DNA from: Tubiluchus corallicola
Lineage: Eukaryota > Animalia > Priapulida
Reading direction: 5' to 3'
Assembly: GCA_030141605.1 (NCBI GenBank)
Contig: JAQGDQ010000206.1
Span: 326,085-390,084, forward strand
DNA: 64,000 bases
Shown one piece after another: positions 1 to 12,500 of this stretch (positions are counted from its first letter, which is position 1; each line of letters opens with the position of its first letter). A program made the position numbers and the translations under genes. The notes under the pieces were generated by a model. It did not search any database. It saw only the letters and a list, made by a program, of their open reading frames with translations, and was not told the origin of the DNA.

Positions 1-415
1 ATTTAACTGGTATTTAGCTATTATAATATCCAGATTCAATTTGCGGTTGAAAATTAAGAGTGAATCAAAGATTCTGATTCTGTTTGACTTTGGAAACTCC
101 AACAATGTGAGATTCGGATTCGATTCAGCTTCGGAAATGAAGCAAAAATGCGCTTCTCCTTAGATTTGGTTTCGGAAATTCCGGCTTTGTCCCACTCCAT
201 AGACACTGGCAGTTTACAAAACACGGAGATCTCATCTCTGAGGTGCACCGTGCATCAAGTAAGCTTGGAGGTTTAATAAAAATAACCCCATAAAGGCAAA
301 ACTTATGATGAACAGGCTTATTCAAATCAGTTTACAATGTTTCTTAAATGTGTGCAACAAAAAGTTCCTTGGTGATGCAGCAGTTTGACTTACTTGAGTT
401 TTCCTTCTGTTTCAG

Positions 416-567
416 GATGCGTCTCAACTGGTCTCTGCAGACCAGTCAAAGAAGGCCAAAGGACCGTTTGAGTCATCGGAGAACAAGGACCCCGGTCCAC
501 TTGTACAAGACGTGGATAACGTGGAGCAGAATCAGGCAAACGGAATAACTGAAAACGGACTGGAGGG
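416..567 (+). CDS. PUM: Pumilio exon ([25 protein letters not shown]...[12 protein letters not shown])
   Basis: ttcag acceptor, gtac donor at 568; resembles the PUM2 KGKASPFEE...NG..NG region; its phase 2 end fits the next exon. Confidence 0.8.
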
Positions 568-3500
568 GTACGCTGCTCCAGTTGTGTTGTGGCTTGATTT
601 TTTTTAAATGAAAAACCAACCCTTGAGTAACATTCGTTGTATTTTAATATAGACGTAAAAATGTGCAGCCTTTTCCCTCTGAGACCAAACTAGCAAGTGT
701 ACACAGCTTTGCGTGTTACTCTCGGCAAGAAATTGCAAACTCTGCATCAGTTACTGCGAGTTACTGTCTAGTGTGAACGCCTCAGTGAGTTACTCTCGAC
801 ACTTCTCGCAGTGATTAGAGAAGTGAGTGTCAGCTCGCGCTTACTGTCGGAGAGCAACTCACAACACGTTTTGCTCTGTAGTCTGAACACGCTTGCGAGT
901 TACTGTCTGGTGTGAACACCTTGGCGAGCAACTCTCGACATTTCTCGTAGCCAATAGATAAGGAAGTGACAGCTCGCGCTTTCTGTCGGAGAGCAACTCA
1001 CAGCACGTTTTGCTCTGTAGTCTGAACACGCCTGCGAGTTGCTGTCTGGTGTGAATGCCTTGGCGAGTTACTCTCGACGTTTCTCGTAGCCAATAGATAA
1101 GGAAGTGTCAGCTCGCGCTTTCTGTCGGAGAGTAACTCACAGCAAGCTTTGCTCTCTGGTGTGAACACACTTGTTAGTTGCATGTTATTAGTAGTTAAAA
1201 TATAAAATTGAGACTTATGTACCTTAAAATTACTAGAAACTGAATAAAGTACTAAAACAGACAAATTTTAAAATACTGTGTAAAATTAGACATGTGCTAA
1301 AAGCAACTGTTAGACACAAGTATTGAATTAGACAGGTTAAAGTCCTTTGCAAAATTAATCCTAATCAGAACAAAAATTAAACAGAACTAGGAAAAAATAC
1401 TAAATTAGATGAATTAAAAAACACTTTGTAAATTTAGACATAAAGCAAAGATCAATTTGTAAAATTTTCAATCAGCACATCTTTGTTTAAGTGTTAAATT
1501 AGTAAAAAACGTTTGTGTTGCTAAAATTTAGAAAAACAATTTTAAAACGGTGATGGGCACTTTTTCTGTTCAAAAATACTGATATATGAGTGAAATTTAC
1601 TAAATTCTTTCTATTCTAATGTGCTGTTCTACTTCTGTAGATTTTGTGTTCATTTTTGCCTTATAAAATATTTTTATTTTTCGATGTTTGTAATCACGAA
1701 TGTTTCGTTCGTCTTCAGACGTGTGTTGAGTCGAGAAGGATCGCCGTCTGCCCTGTCTGAGCAGGAGAAGATGCATCACAAGCACCTGAGCGTCGTGGCC
1801 AGTAAATCGGAGGAGCTAAACCGTGCCAATCAGTTGCAGAACCTTCACCACATGGAGCAGCACTTTGGCTCGATGGCCATCGATCCCATGTCGTTTGGCA
1901 GCTACGAGAACAGCATGCCGCCTCCGATTGACAGTCCGAGCAACATGGGTTTTAACGCCAACATGCTGGATCTTCAGCAGGTACGTGTCTCAAACGTAAG
2001 AGACGCCAATTTGTGTGTTGTGAGTTTTGCACTGTTGTTTGAGTCCCATGAATCATAGCTTTGCTTTGTAACAGAAATAACTTTAACTATGTTCTTCAGA
2101 AGAACCGGTTTTCATTTATTCCAAACATTTGGGTAAAGAACACTATTTGTTTGTTAATCCAAAATAAAGTTCAGTGATAATAAAGTTATATTTCCTCTAT
2201 GTGAAGTCACAGAGGCAGCTCAGATGTTTCTGCTTACCTCCTCTTTGAGGGAGCGTATTCGTCTCCCTGCTCACCTTCCTTTTTTCGCATCAGCTACTAT
2301 GCATCGTTAAACCAAGGAAAGTCACAAAATAACTAGGTGAACGATTTCTCTGATTGTACCAGCCCGACCAGCCCGGTACAGTGTTTACCAGAAATGACTA
2401 AGTGCACTTTGTCATATTCCTATTAAAAAAGCTTGAATACAAAACAAAAATTTGAATGGTTGCAGAAAAAAATCAGTGGCCCTATAATAAAGTTTTATAA
2501 AATGGTCGTTCATCGTCATTATGGTTTTATGTTGGACAGGCAATGGCTCACTTTATCCTGCACTTTATCCTGAAGTTTTCCTGTTCAACCTGCAAATCAC
2601 GGATAGCGTATCAACGCATGCACGCACGCCCGCTCTTTTCCATCATTCCTTCGGTCATCCGTTGGTTGATACGCTGTCGTCTAACACTGCCGTTCTTTGC
2701 GCACTTACCTCCTCAAATTTTAATTGCAATTTGCTCAATTGTTAATTTATCTTTTTCACGTCTTTATCATTACGATTAAGAATATATCCATTAGAATAGC
2801 TGTGCCGTCTGAAAGCCTATAGGTTTGATTACTATAAATTTGAGCAGTTAGTGAATTAACATCGAAGGAGCAGAAGTAACAAATTATTAGTCATAATAAA
2901 TACTTGTGTAGCTTGCCTACTTTTACAGCTTGGATGCCATGAAAGTTGTTTTCTGTATTTTCTAAAAAAATCTCATTGCATATTTTAACATTCTTTTTCT
3001 GCATAGCTTCATATTAGCAAATCGTGAAAGTTTTTTTTATACATGGAAATGTTCTTCTATAGTTTGGGTCGGTAGAAAATGATGCTGATAATAATTCTTG
3101 ATTGATCTAAACTGTTCGTATGTAGTACATTGAAAGCTAGCCTTCGTTCGATAAACAACTTTTCACTACATCATTTTCTTAGCGTACGCTTCCGTTACCG
3201 GGAGTTGTAAGTCACACTCAAATTACCAGTAGTGACAAAAATCGAAATATGTGGTCGAATAATTTTCGCCAAATGTTTTTTTCTTACGATGGTGCTTTAC
3301 GTAAGCTCAACATGATTATCTGGGTAATCGTAAACAAAAATTAACTTGTACAGTACAAATTGCTTCCTCTTCCGCATCTTGGTGCAAGCAAACGTACTAC
3401 TGGGAATTCTAAACTTCGAACATTACGTTACAAGAATTCAGCAATTCCTCACTAATAACCATAAATAGTAATGAGAAACTTCTTTCTAAATTATAGTAAA

Positions 3501-6500
3501 ATATTTACTTTACCAATTGGTTGTAATGTCATTTTCTCCAAATTTTCATCTTGCAAGCAATGTCTCTTGTGTCTTTTGACTGTTTTGACTCTATTTTCAT
3601 TGTTTTCCGACTTCGTATTCAGTTTTGTTGCTATAGTGTGACTTTTTAACAAAACCCATTACCTATTTATTTATTTACAAGATGTATTTTTGTCTTGTTG
3701 CAGCAGCAAATGTTGCAGCGGCAGCAACAGGTTCAACAACAGCAGGCACAACAGATGATGATGACGCAGCAGTATGCGATGACGCCGCAGCAGCAGCAAC
3801 AACAACAGCAGCAGCAGCAGCAGCTAGGTAAGCGACGATTCGGAAGACGTAACTCGAGCGAGTGATTGTATGAGTTATTTTGTGTGTAACTGTACTTTCA
3901 CGGAGGCCTTTGCTTTCATTCTTGCTTTCGAATGGAAATTTATGGATTTTTTGATTTCTCATAACATAAAAGCGATACATCAAATTCGCAATTAAATTTC
4001 TGTTTGTAACTTTGGCAGTTTTCTCTGTCCTACTTAGTGGTTGCATACGAAATTGCATAAGTGTTATTGGCAAATTTTATAACTATCTTTATAACTTCTT
4101 TAGCAAATCGTATCCATTATGCTGGAAGCGAAATTTGCTTATTTAGTTTGATATGGTTAGGTTCCCTTTAGTGGCATATTTGCTCTATGACTTTTTTTAA
4201 CGTTTTTGGCGAAAGTTGGAAAAATAAAATCACAAGCGGAACAGTTGAAGCCAAGAAGAATCGAAAGGAAAGGTCTCTTTGCGTGAGCGTTGCGTAATAA
4301 CGTGTAGCCTTGTATCATTCTACTAAAGATTGTAAAGCATAGTCTGTGCATCTTATTATTATTGTGTGTATATAATAATCTGGTTAATATTGTGTAATGA
4401 TTAAAGGAAAGGACAACTCATTTAGCATGTTGGGTTTATATATCTGTTATCACTTAAACTGAGAAAAATATAACAAAGAAATTTGCTGAAAACTGTGTGT
4501 ATAAAGCATAAAATTAATTTACATTACCGCTGTATGGAAATCTTTACACATTGTGGTAGCTGCTATTCACTTGGAAATTATTACGTAATTGGTGGACTTC
4601 GAGATTATTTGTTCGTGCATCGTGGCTTTCCGTAAGCGCACTCTACTTAAACTAATTCTAACTTCTGCAGCTTACCCGATGTTCGTGCAAAAACATCACA
4701 AAATTACCTGTCTAATTTCTTGTGAAAACTTCTTATGCTTTTGACAGAGATTCACATCGCTGTGCTTTTCTTCAGGCGATGAACGATGTTGTTTGGTGGA
4801 AGAATGGGCGTTCAAAATGGAAGCGCCCAAGTGTGAATTGATCGCCACTCTAAAGTAATTTTGCTGGTTACACGAGGCTCTTATTGCCAGGTCCTTCTGA
4901 AAATTTTCGCGAACATTGAAATAGGCCTGACTGCCCAGAAGTCGTGTCCTTTCCTCTAATATCTTTTTTGTGTTAAGTTTATTTAGCGTGGCCGACACGC
5001 TAATTGATATACGCAGTAATCTACCGACTAAATAATACTCGCACTGCTTGTGTTTCAAAGTAACAAAATGACTCGTTTTGGTTTTAGCTCATCTCTAAAA
5101 CATTTTTACAAACGAACCCTTGTGTGAGTGCAGCAGCATCTGTACGATTGTTTTTGCTGCATCACTTTTCAGCATCTCTTTGCCGTGCGTATGCAGTGCC
5201 AATAGCAACGATGATGTTCTAACAGAGGCCTCTTGATGGCCGTTAATAACGTTGTGCATGTGTATATAAATTTTTACATATTCATCAAGCATTTTTACTG
5301 CATGTTCTGATTTGCATGGCTGATGGTGTAATGCTATTTGTAGGCTTGGCCAACCCCACTGCAATTGCTCCCAATTACATAATCAACACTCAAGACCCTT
5401 ACGCAGTTGGAATAGCCGTCACAGGTTAGGCAGTTGAGCAACAGTAGGGTGGCGCTACTTGTCGTTTGTGTGTGTGTGTGTGTGTGTGCAATGCAACCGT
5501 TTCCGTTATTCTCGCTAACAGTTGCCTTGCTTTTGACTTGCTCCTGGCTGGCCGAGCATTTCGACTTGTGCGTTTTAATGCGAATATTAACAACCTTGCT
5601 AACGAGGCTTAGCAGCCCGTTGTGAGACACACGTTTTGGTTTTGCTTCGCCTTGCCAGGTTTTAGTTTGCCGTTTCCGCCCGACGACGACGGTCGGGATT
5701 TCCTTGTGTGACCGCTGCGATGATATGTAGCGCTATCCTTTTGTTGAGTTATCGTTTTTATACTAACAATTAGTTGTAGTACTCACGTAATTAGAATACT
5801 GCACTCGTTATGCCGATGGAATTTGAATTAATAAGTTTTCGTTTCTTTGTCCATCGGCAAACTAATTTTGTAAGTCATTATTGATTTTTTTGTGGCGATC
5901 CTCCAGTGAAACTCCTGTATTTGTAGTAACAGTCTTACTGTATATTATTGTATATTTTAATACCAGCAGCAGTACAGTTATAGTAACATGGCTAAACTTT
6001 GGTGTTTAGTTGCTGCCCAATTACTCTGTGATCCTAATCTGAAACATTTTATGGCAATTTTCTCACAAAATTTCAATGTGGTACAGAGAGCCTTTACGTG
6101 GCCCTTGCTTTTGCAGTTAACGGTTTTTAATTTTTTTTTGTTCGTTGTTAGGCGACATTTTTCCCCCTTTTACAAAACTGATTTTGCACAGTTGTTTGAC
6201 TGACATTTTTTATTCTTCTGACTTGCAATTCTTGCCAGGAGAACATAATGGATTATGTGGATCGTTACTGTCGTCGTTTAACGGAACGTTTACTTCTGTG
6301 TAACTGATTGGTGTTGTTTGTTTTAGGCCCTGCTATGAACATGATACATCCTCAATACTACGGGGGTACGATGCCGTGGGGCATGTACCAGGCCAGCATG
6401 TTGCAACAGCAGCAGCAGCAGCAACAGCAACAGCAACAACAGCAGGGTATGACACCGCAACAGCAGCAACAGCTGATGCGCGGAACGGGCGGTCGTCCGC

Positions 6501-9500
6501 TCACGCCCCAGCCCGGCGAAATGCCGGCTGGCATGGGCATGGGACAGATGCCAAACCCACCAGGGCAAATGCCAAATACCAACATGGGACAACCGATGCA
6601 AGGCCCTGGTGTGTAACACTTTCATACCTCAAATAAAACCTGATGACTTAATTGTTCAAACATCTTTTTTTTTCTTGCTAGGTGGAGTGAAAAAATACAT
6701 GTGATTGCTAACTAACTATGGTGTCTGTAAATTGCTATATAAAAAATACACTAAGTTATTGCGTAAGGATTTCTATTTTGCAGTATTTGAAGCTTTTATA
6801 AATTTAATGACGTATGTTTCGTTTTAACTACGATTTTTAACTAGAATATGCAAGTATGTGAACGTACAAAAAAATATAAAATTCCCGGCTGAGTGCGTGA
6901 TAAAAAATATTACCTTGGCAGTTAGACGGGAACAGAACCGCTAATAGGTTTCTTCGGTTAATTGGTTTCAGAGCACTTCCATCCCAAAGTGAGTCAATTA
7001 AATGGTGTCTACCGTATCTGTAAATATTGAATATAAAAGCGAGTATAGGCATCTTCTGTCAGAAAACCCGTAGTCGTTTACGGCAAGTAATCGTCTATGT
7101 CATGAAACCATTTCTAGGTGCTCAGCTTCAGATGATCGCAGCTTATTACGATCAGAATAACATGATGATGAATGCCGCCCGAGGAATGGGAACGCCAATG
7201 CGCCTGATGTCACCCGCGCCAATGATGATTCCGGGTAGTCACAACTCGGGCAACATGAATTCCGTGCGGATGATGGGCGGGCAAGGTCAGGTGCAGAACC
7301 CGTCGGCGACGGGTTACAGCAACAATTCGAACACTTCTCAACAAAATAGCAGGTAAAGGTTAATCTGTATTCACACCTGTCTGGTAGTTGTTTGGCTTCG
7401 TTGACAACAATCTGCTGTTTGAAAATCATGTAGCTGTGCTTATTTTATATCAGCAAGCAATGTTTGTTTGACCTTTGACCTCAGAGAACTGGTTTAATTA
7501 ATAAGAGGCCAGTTGAAATACAGATTACTTGGTTATTTCTACAAGAACCATTCGGGATTTAAAGTCTAATATAAAATAACATGAGATCTTAGTTTTACGA
7601 TGCTTGAAGCAGAATTAAGTTAACTAATTTGGTAACTAAAGTACCACTCAAATGATTCACTAAGTTTTCTCTTGTAACTAAAGAGTCACTTATGTGACTA
7701 AGTCCAATTTAATAACTAAGGTGTCACTCACACGATTGACTTAAATTTGGTTTAGTAACTAAACTGTCACTTACGTGATTGACCAAGTTCAGTTTAGTAA
7801 CTAAAGTGTCACTTACGTGATTGACTAAGTTCAGTTTAGTAACTAAAGTGTCACTCACGTGATTGACCAAGTTCAGTTTAGTAACTAAAGTGTCAGTCAC
7901 GTGATTGATGAAGTTCAATTTAGTAACTAAAGTGTCACTCATGTGATTGACTAAGTTCAGTTTAGTAACTAAAGTGTCAGTCACATGATTGACTAAGTTC
8001 AGATTAGTAACTAAACTACTGTCGTTCGTGTGACTGGCTTATGTTCAATTCAGCACCTAAAGTGTCGGTGATATGAAGACAACAAAATTCTGTTGTAAAG
8101 CCACACGATTGGCCCGCGTTTTAACCTGAGCTAGCATCTTGTCATAAGTATGTACAAACATTTTTGCATTTTCTCTGTCTTTAGCAGTTTAATTTAGCCT
8201 TATTCCGAGATATATTTCGAGATATCAGTCAAGCACAAGAATATATCCTTACCCCAAAGAAGAGATCTAATTAAGTTAAACCGACACACTAATTCGTGCT
8301 AATAAATTGTTGTGAGCGAGAAAGTCAGTGACTCAAGTAAATGACTGCAGAATCATTGCTGACATTATAGTTACATGAATTGTAAGATGAAGGGTAATGA
8401 CATCATCGTTAAACCATTTATACTCTGTGTGAGTTACTTTAATCATATGAACTGCATAATTATTGCACCTAAGTACTTTTCATGAGCAGTTTACTGAGTT
8501 TTGGCTTTATAAATGAAAAAAATTCCCACTCATGGAACATGCTACTTCATAAGTCTCTTTGGTTTATAAATCCAGCTGCTTAACCCTTTCACTATGGAAG
8601 GCGGCACTGTGCCACTTATGTTTTTCTCGTAAGGGCGGTATGTGGCAGAATGCCGCCCGAGCTCAGCACTAAACGCAGTTACCCGGGTCTGTTTATTTCA
8701 CTGCTGTGGCTATGCAAAAACATTGTAGAAAAGTTTAGGATTGTGGTTGCTTCGCAACAAGTAACGCTAATCAGCCAATCAGCGTCTAAAGCCAGGTGCA
8801 TTCCATAATACTGTACTGTATAGCACTTTCTCATGCAAAATTGCTTGTTGATAATTAATAAAACCTGTTTAGTCATTCGTTCTGCACTCTTCTAAAATAA
8901 TTGCCCATCATGAATTAGTAATATGACTTTTGTGAAATTTGGCTTCTAAATATAAGAATGTGCTTATTTGTTTGTGTGTGCGCTTGCGTGCATGCATGAG
9001 TGCATATATGTGTGTTCGGATGTGTGTGCATTATTATAAATAAAACTAGTATTGAATATTAATGTTTAATAACAAATGGCTGTTTGTTTATTTACAAGAT
9101 TCTGTTTTAGTAACACACCACAAGAAGTTATTGTCAAACGTGCAAAAGCCAATGCGGCTCAGTAAAAAGCCACTATGTAGTGAAAGGGTTAACAAATCCA
9201 TCTAGTTTCCCACCAAGGTGGATTTACTAAACGAAGCATCCTGGCACTGAGAATGTTTTTTGTCCGACCAATTGAGAACCTTGTACAAGCCATTTGTCTT
9301 TTTCTAGCTTATACTCGTCGCTCGGAGGCGGATTTACGCCGGCTTCATCTGGTCTGGGTTACTCCGCGTCTGCTGCTGGTCTCGGACTCAATCCACAGCA
9401 ACAACAGCAGCAACAGCAACAACAACAGAACATGGGAAACATGGGATATGGCGGCGGCGGCAGCGGTTTTGGTACAATGACGTCATCAGTTGGACCCTTG

Positions 9501-12500
9501 GGTGCGTACGATAGTAAGTCGATTCTGGTAGGGTTCTTTGATAAAGACATTTGCTTGTCGACATAAGTGGCTACTGTTAATTGACAACCTCATCATTAAA
9601 GCACAAAAAAACCTTCCACTTACATAAAGCTTAGAAAATTCGTCTCGAAATTTTGTACCGCTTACATACTACCTTTTCGTATGCATGGTTTACATCGGCC
9701 GTAACGCTGTATAAAACGCGTAAATTTAAACTCCCGCGATGACAGTTAGGCATAGCCATTTTAATGGTAGGTCGTTTGAAACAAGTTTTCATAACGTTAA
9801 GTAAAGTTTGAAAAAATAATCAGAGCATTCATGGCATACATGTTGCTAATTGAGTAAAATTTTAAATTACTGTATTTTGTCAGTAAGATTAAAAATACAT
9901 TTTTGGCTAGTGAGTGGTGCACCCTGAAGGGTAAGTCAGCGACATTTTACCTAGTGGCACAAACATTTTAAATTATTAGTCTAGTTACATAAGTCTTTCC
10001 AGCAGGTAAGTGAAATGCTACGTAATATAGATTTGCACGGAAAGTTTTTTGGGTCATAATTTAACATTGCCTTTTCTTCCCCTGATTTACGTTTGCGTAA
10101 GTGCCGTCATGCAATGGTGCAGTATTGTGGGAGATTTAAAATGAAAGCAAACGAAAATTTCTTTCAAGACGAATACGATATGTGCATAAAATTGCTGTAA
10201 AGTTGTATAATTTTTTAAGATGATTTTTCTGAAAGCTACTTCAGGTACCCCTTTTCTTGTCCTTTAAAAGTTTCAATGGCTTCAATAATAAAATGATGAC
10301 GGTTCTAAATCCTCATGCACATATATATGCGGGAATTTACATGTACAATACCTTTCTTTGCAGGAGCATTTGAACACAGATATTTACATTATTATAACCA
10401 AGTCAACTGCTAACCGTGATGCAAAAACCATAATTGCTACACTGATGCTGACAATTGATTTTTGTAAAATTACAATTATCGTAATCTATTTTAATTACAA
10501 GGTGTAACAACGTTATCTACATTAGGTTTATTATCAACCACTGCGTGTAAAGTTCGGTAATAAATCCGTGATATTGGGTTAATTCGGGTATCAACGTCGA
10601 CCTGTTTACTAATTAAAATTATCTAATTGTCCTTTAAACAGTTTACGAATTTGCGAATCTGCACTCAATGAATAATATTTGTGCTTGCAAACCAAAACCA
10701 TCCCTAAGTCGGCATAGTTAACACTACGTTATGATGCTTCAAGGTAGAATGCACCAAAAATTTGTTCAAATGTCAATTTTTTTGTAACAACAAATGCCAA
10801 AAATAAATGTTGGAAAAGTACAAAAAATCCAATTTTATAACTCTGTATCCACTTTTCTGCTGAGAAACTAGTTCTGCAATTGTAAAAAACTTGTATTTTC
10901 AAACTCCGATAGCAGCTCCTGGAAGCAGCCATTTCTCTGTTGCCAAGCCCAAATCTTCTTCATCAGGAAGAGCCATCTACTGGATTTAAACATAACTTCA
11001 ATGTGCTCTTGCAAAGTCAGTAGCAACCAACTTCTTGTACGATTGCTAAGTGTTTTGTAAAAATGTGATAAAAACAATGGCTAACTTTTGTAGCGATTTT
11101 CTCAAAAACATGTTTTTCAGTTCGTAGCCTGCACATCAACTTCAATGTGGATTAACTCAGCTTAGAAATAACATAGAGTGATAAGCTTGGTATCAAAATG
11201 GAGATTCAGGATATGTGAATATGTGAATTGTTGACTTATGGACAATATTGCTATGCAAGCACACGTATGCCGATTCCTAGCGGCTGTTTCAAAGAGGCCG
11301 GCTCTTTCACGTATTTATATTTATTTTTATTTATATCCAGGTATGGGTGATGAAACAATGAGCCAACGTAGGGACTCGCTACCTGGCGGTCTTGATTACA
11401 AGCGCGGGATGTCCGGTATGTCGCCGTACAACCAGTACTACAACACGCTGGGTCAGAGTTCGCTGGGCGGAATGGCCGGCAGTCCTGGACCGATCAGCAT
11501 GATTCCCCCCAATCAGTCGCTGTCGCCTCCGCTGTCTGGTTCCTCTTCTAACCTGAGTCTGGGTGAGTTGTGGGAATGTTTCAAACTTCAGTTCTTTTTC
11601 GTTTCTTTATGTTAATCATCTGCTAAGCAGCAGCATCTAATTTTAATTAGTTTGGAAACTTGGCTGTTTCGTTGCCGAGTAGCAGGGTGGTGCGAGTAAA
11701 TATTTTAAATACAGTAGTACCTCTGTTTTCAACCATAATTAGTTCCTAAAAAGTGTTTGAAAACCGATTTGGTTGAGAACCGAATCATTTATTCCCATAA
11801 GAAATAATGTAAAAGCAAATCATCTGTTCTCAAGCACCAAATGAACTGTAAAGTGTTACTAAAGCAAGGTACAATAATGCAAAAATGTTTATTCAAGCAG
11901 TAGATGTGATATAATTGATAAGAAAAACATAATAGAATAAATTTGAAAGAAAAACATAATTGTTCCTGCATGAAAAAAGTGGAGAAAGCATTTAGCGATA
12001 TTAGGCAATTCAAATGTTGTGCGTGACTACTCTTGGGTGCGGTCGGTTACGCTTAGCTCTACTCGGCTCACCGCGCATGCGTTCTTCACATGTTTGGCGG
12101 TTGGTCGAGTACCGAAATTCTGGTCGAGAACGGAGACAATTTCAGCTCGAATTTTCTGGTCGAAAACCGATTTGTACGAGTACGGAGACTTATGACAACA
12201 GATGACCTTGTATGACTGTATATCCTAACTAGTCAAACCTGTTTTACCCCCTTACTTTTGAAATGCAAGAAAAGTTGGCACTGGGCGAGTTTAGTATTAG
12301 GCTGGCCACAAAAAAGTTTACAAGGCAGTTTTGACTAGCTATACGCGATGCATAAGCATAAATGTCAGTACAATGGAGGAATTTTTTGCCAAAATAAAAA
12401 TGTTAAAGGCATCATCTAAGCTCTTCAAATGTGAGCAACTTTGAAAGCTACGTAGTCTGGCCACAAAAAATTTCTTCTGTCTTAGTCACGAGCTCAAAAG

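Noticed and set aside
6670-6710. Acceptor-like ttttcttgctag followed by a short frame ending in TGA (alternative terminal pum exon)
   Set aside because: No homology or other support; such motifs are frequent by chance.
10930-10980. CTGATGA...GAAA on the minus strand (also ~53000-53040) as a hammerhead
   Set aside because: No stem II between the core boxes; part of a dispersed DNA repeat.
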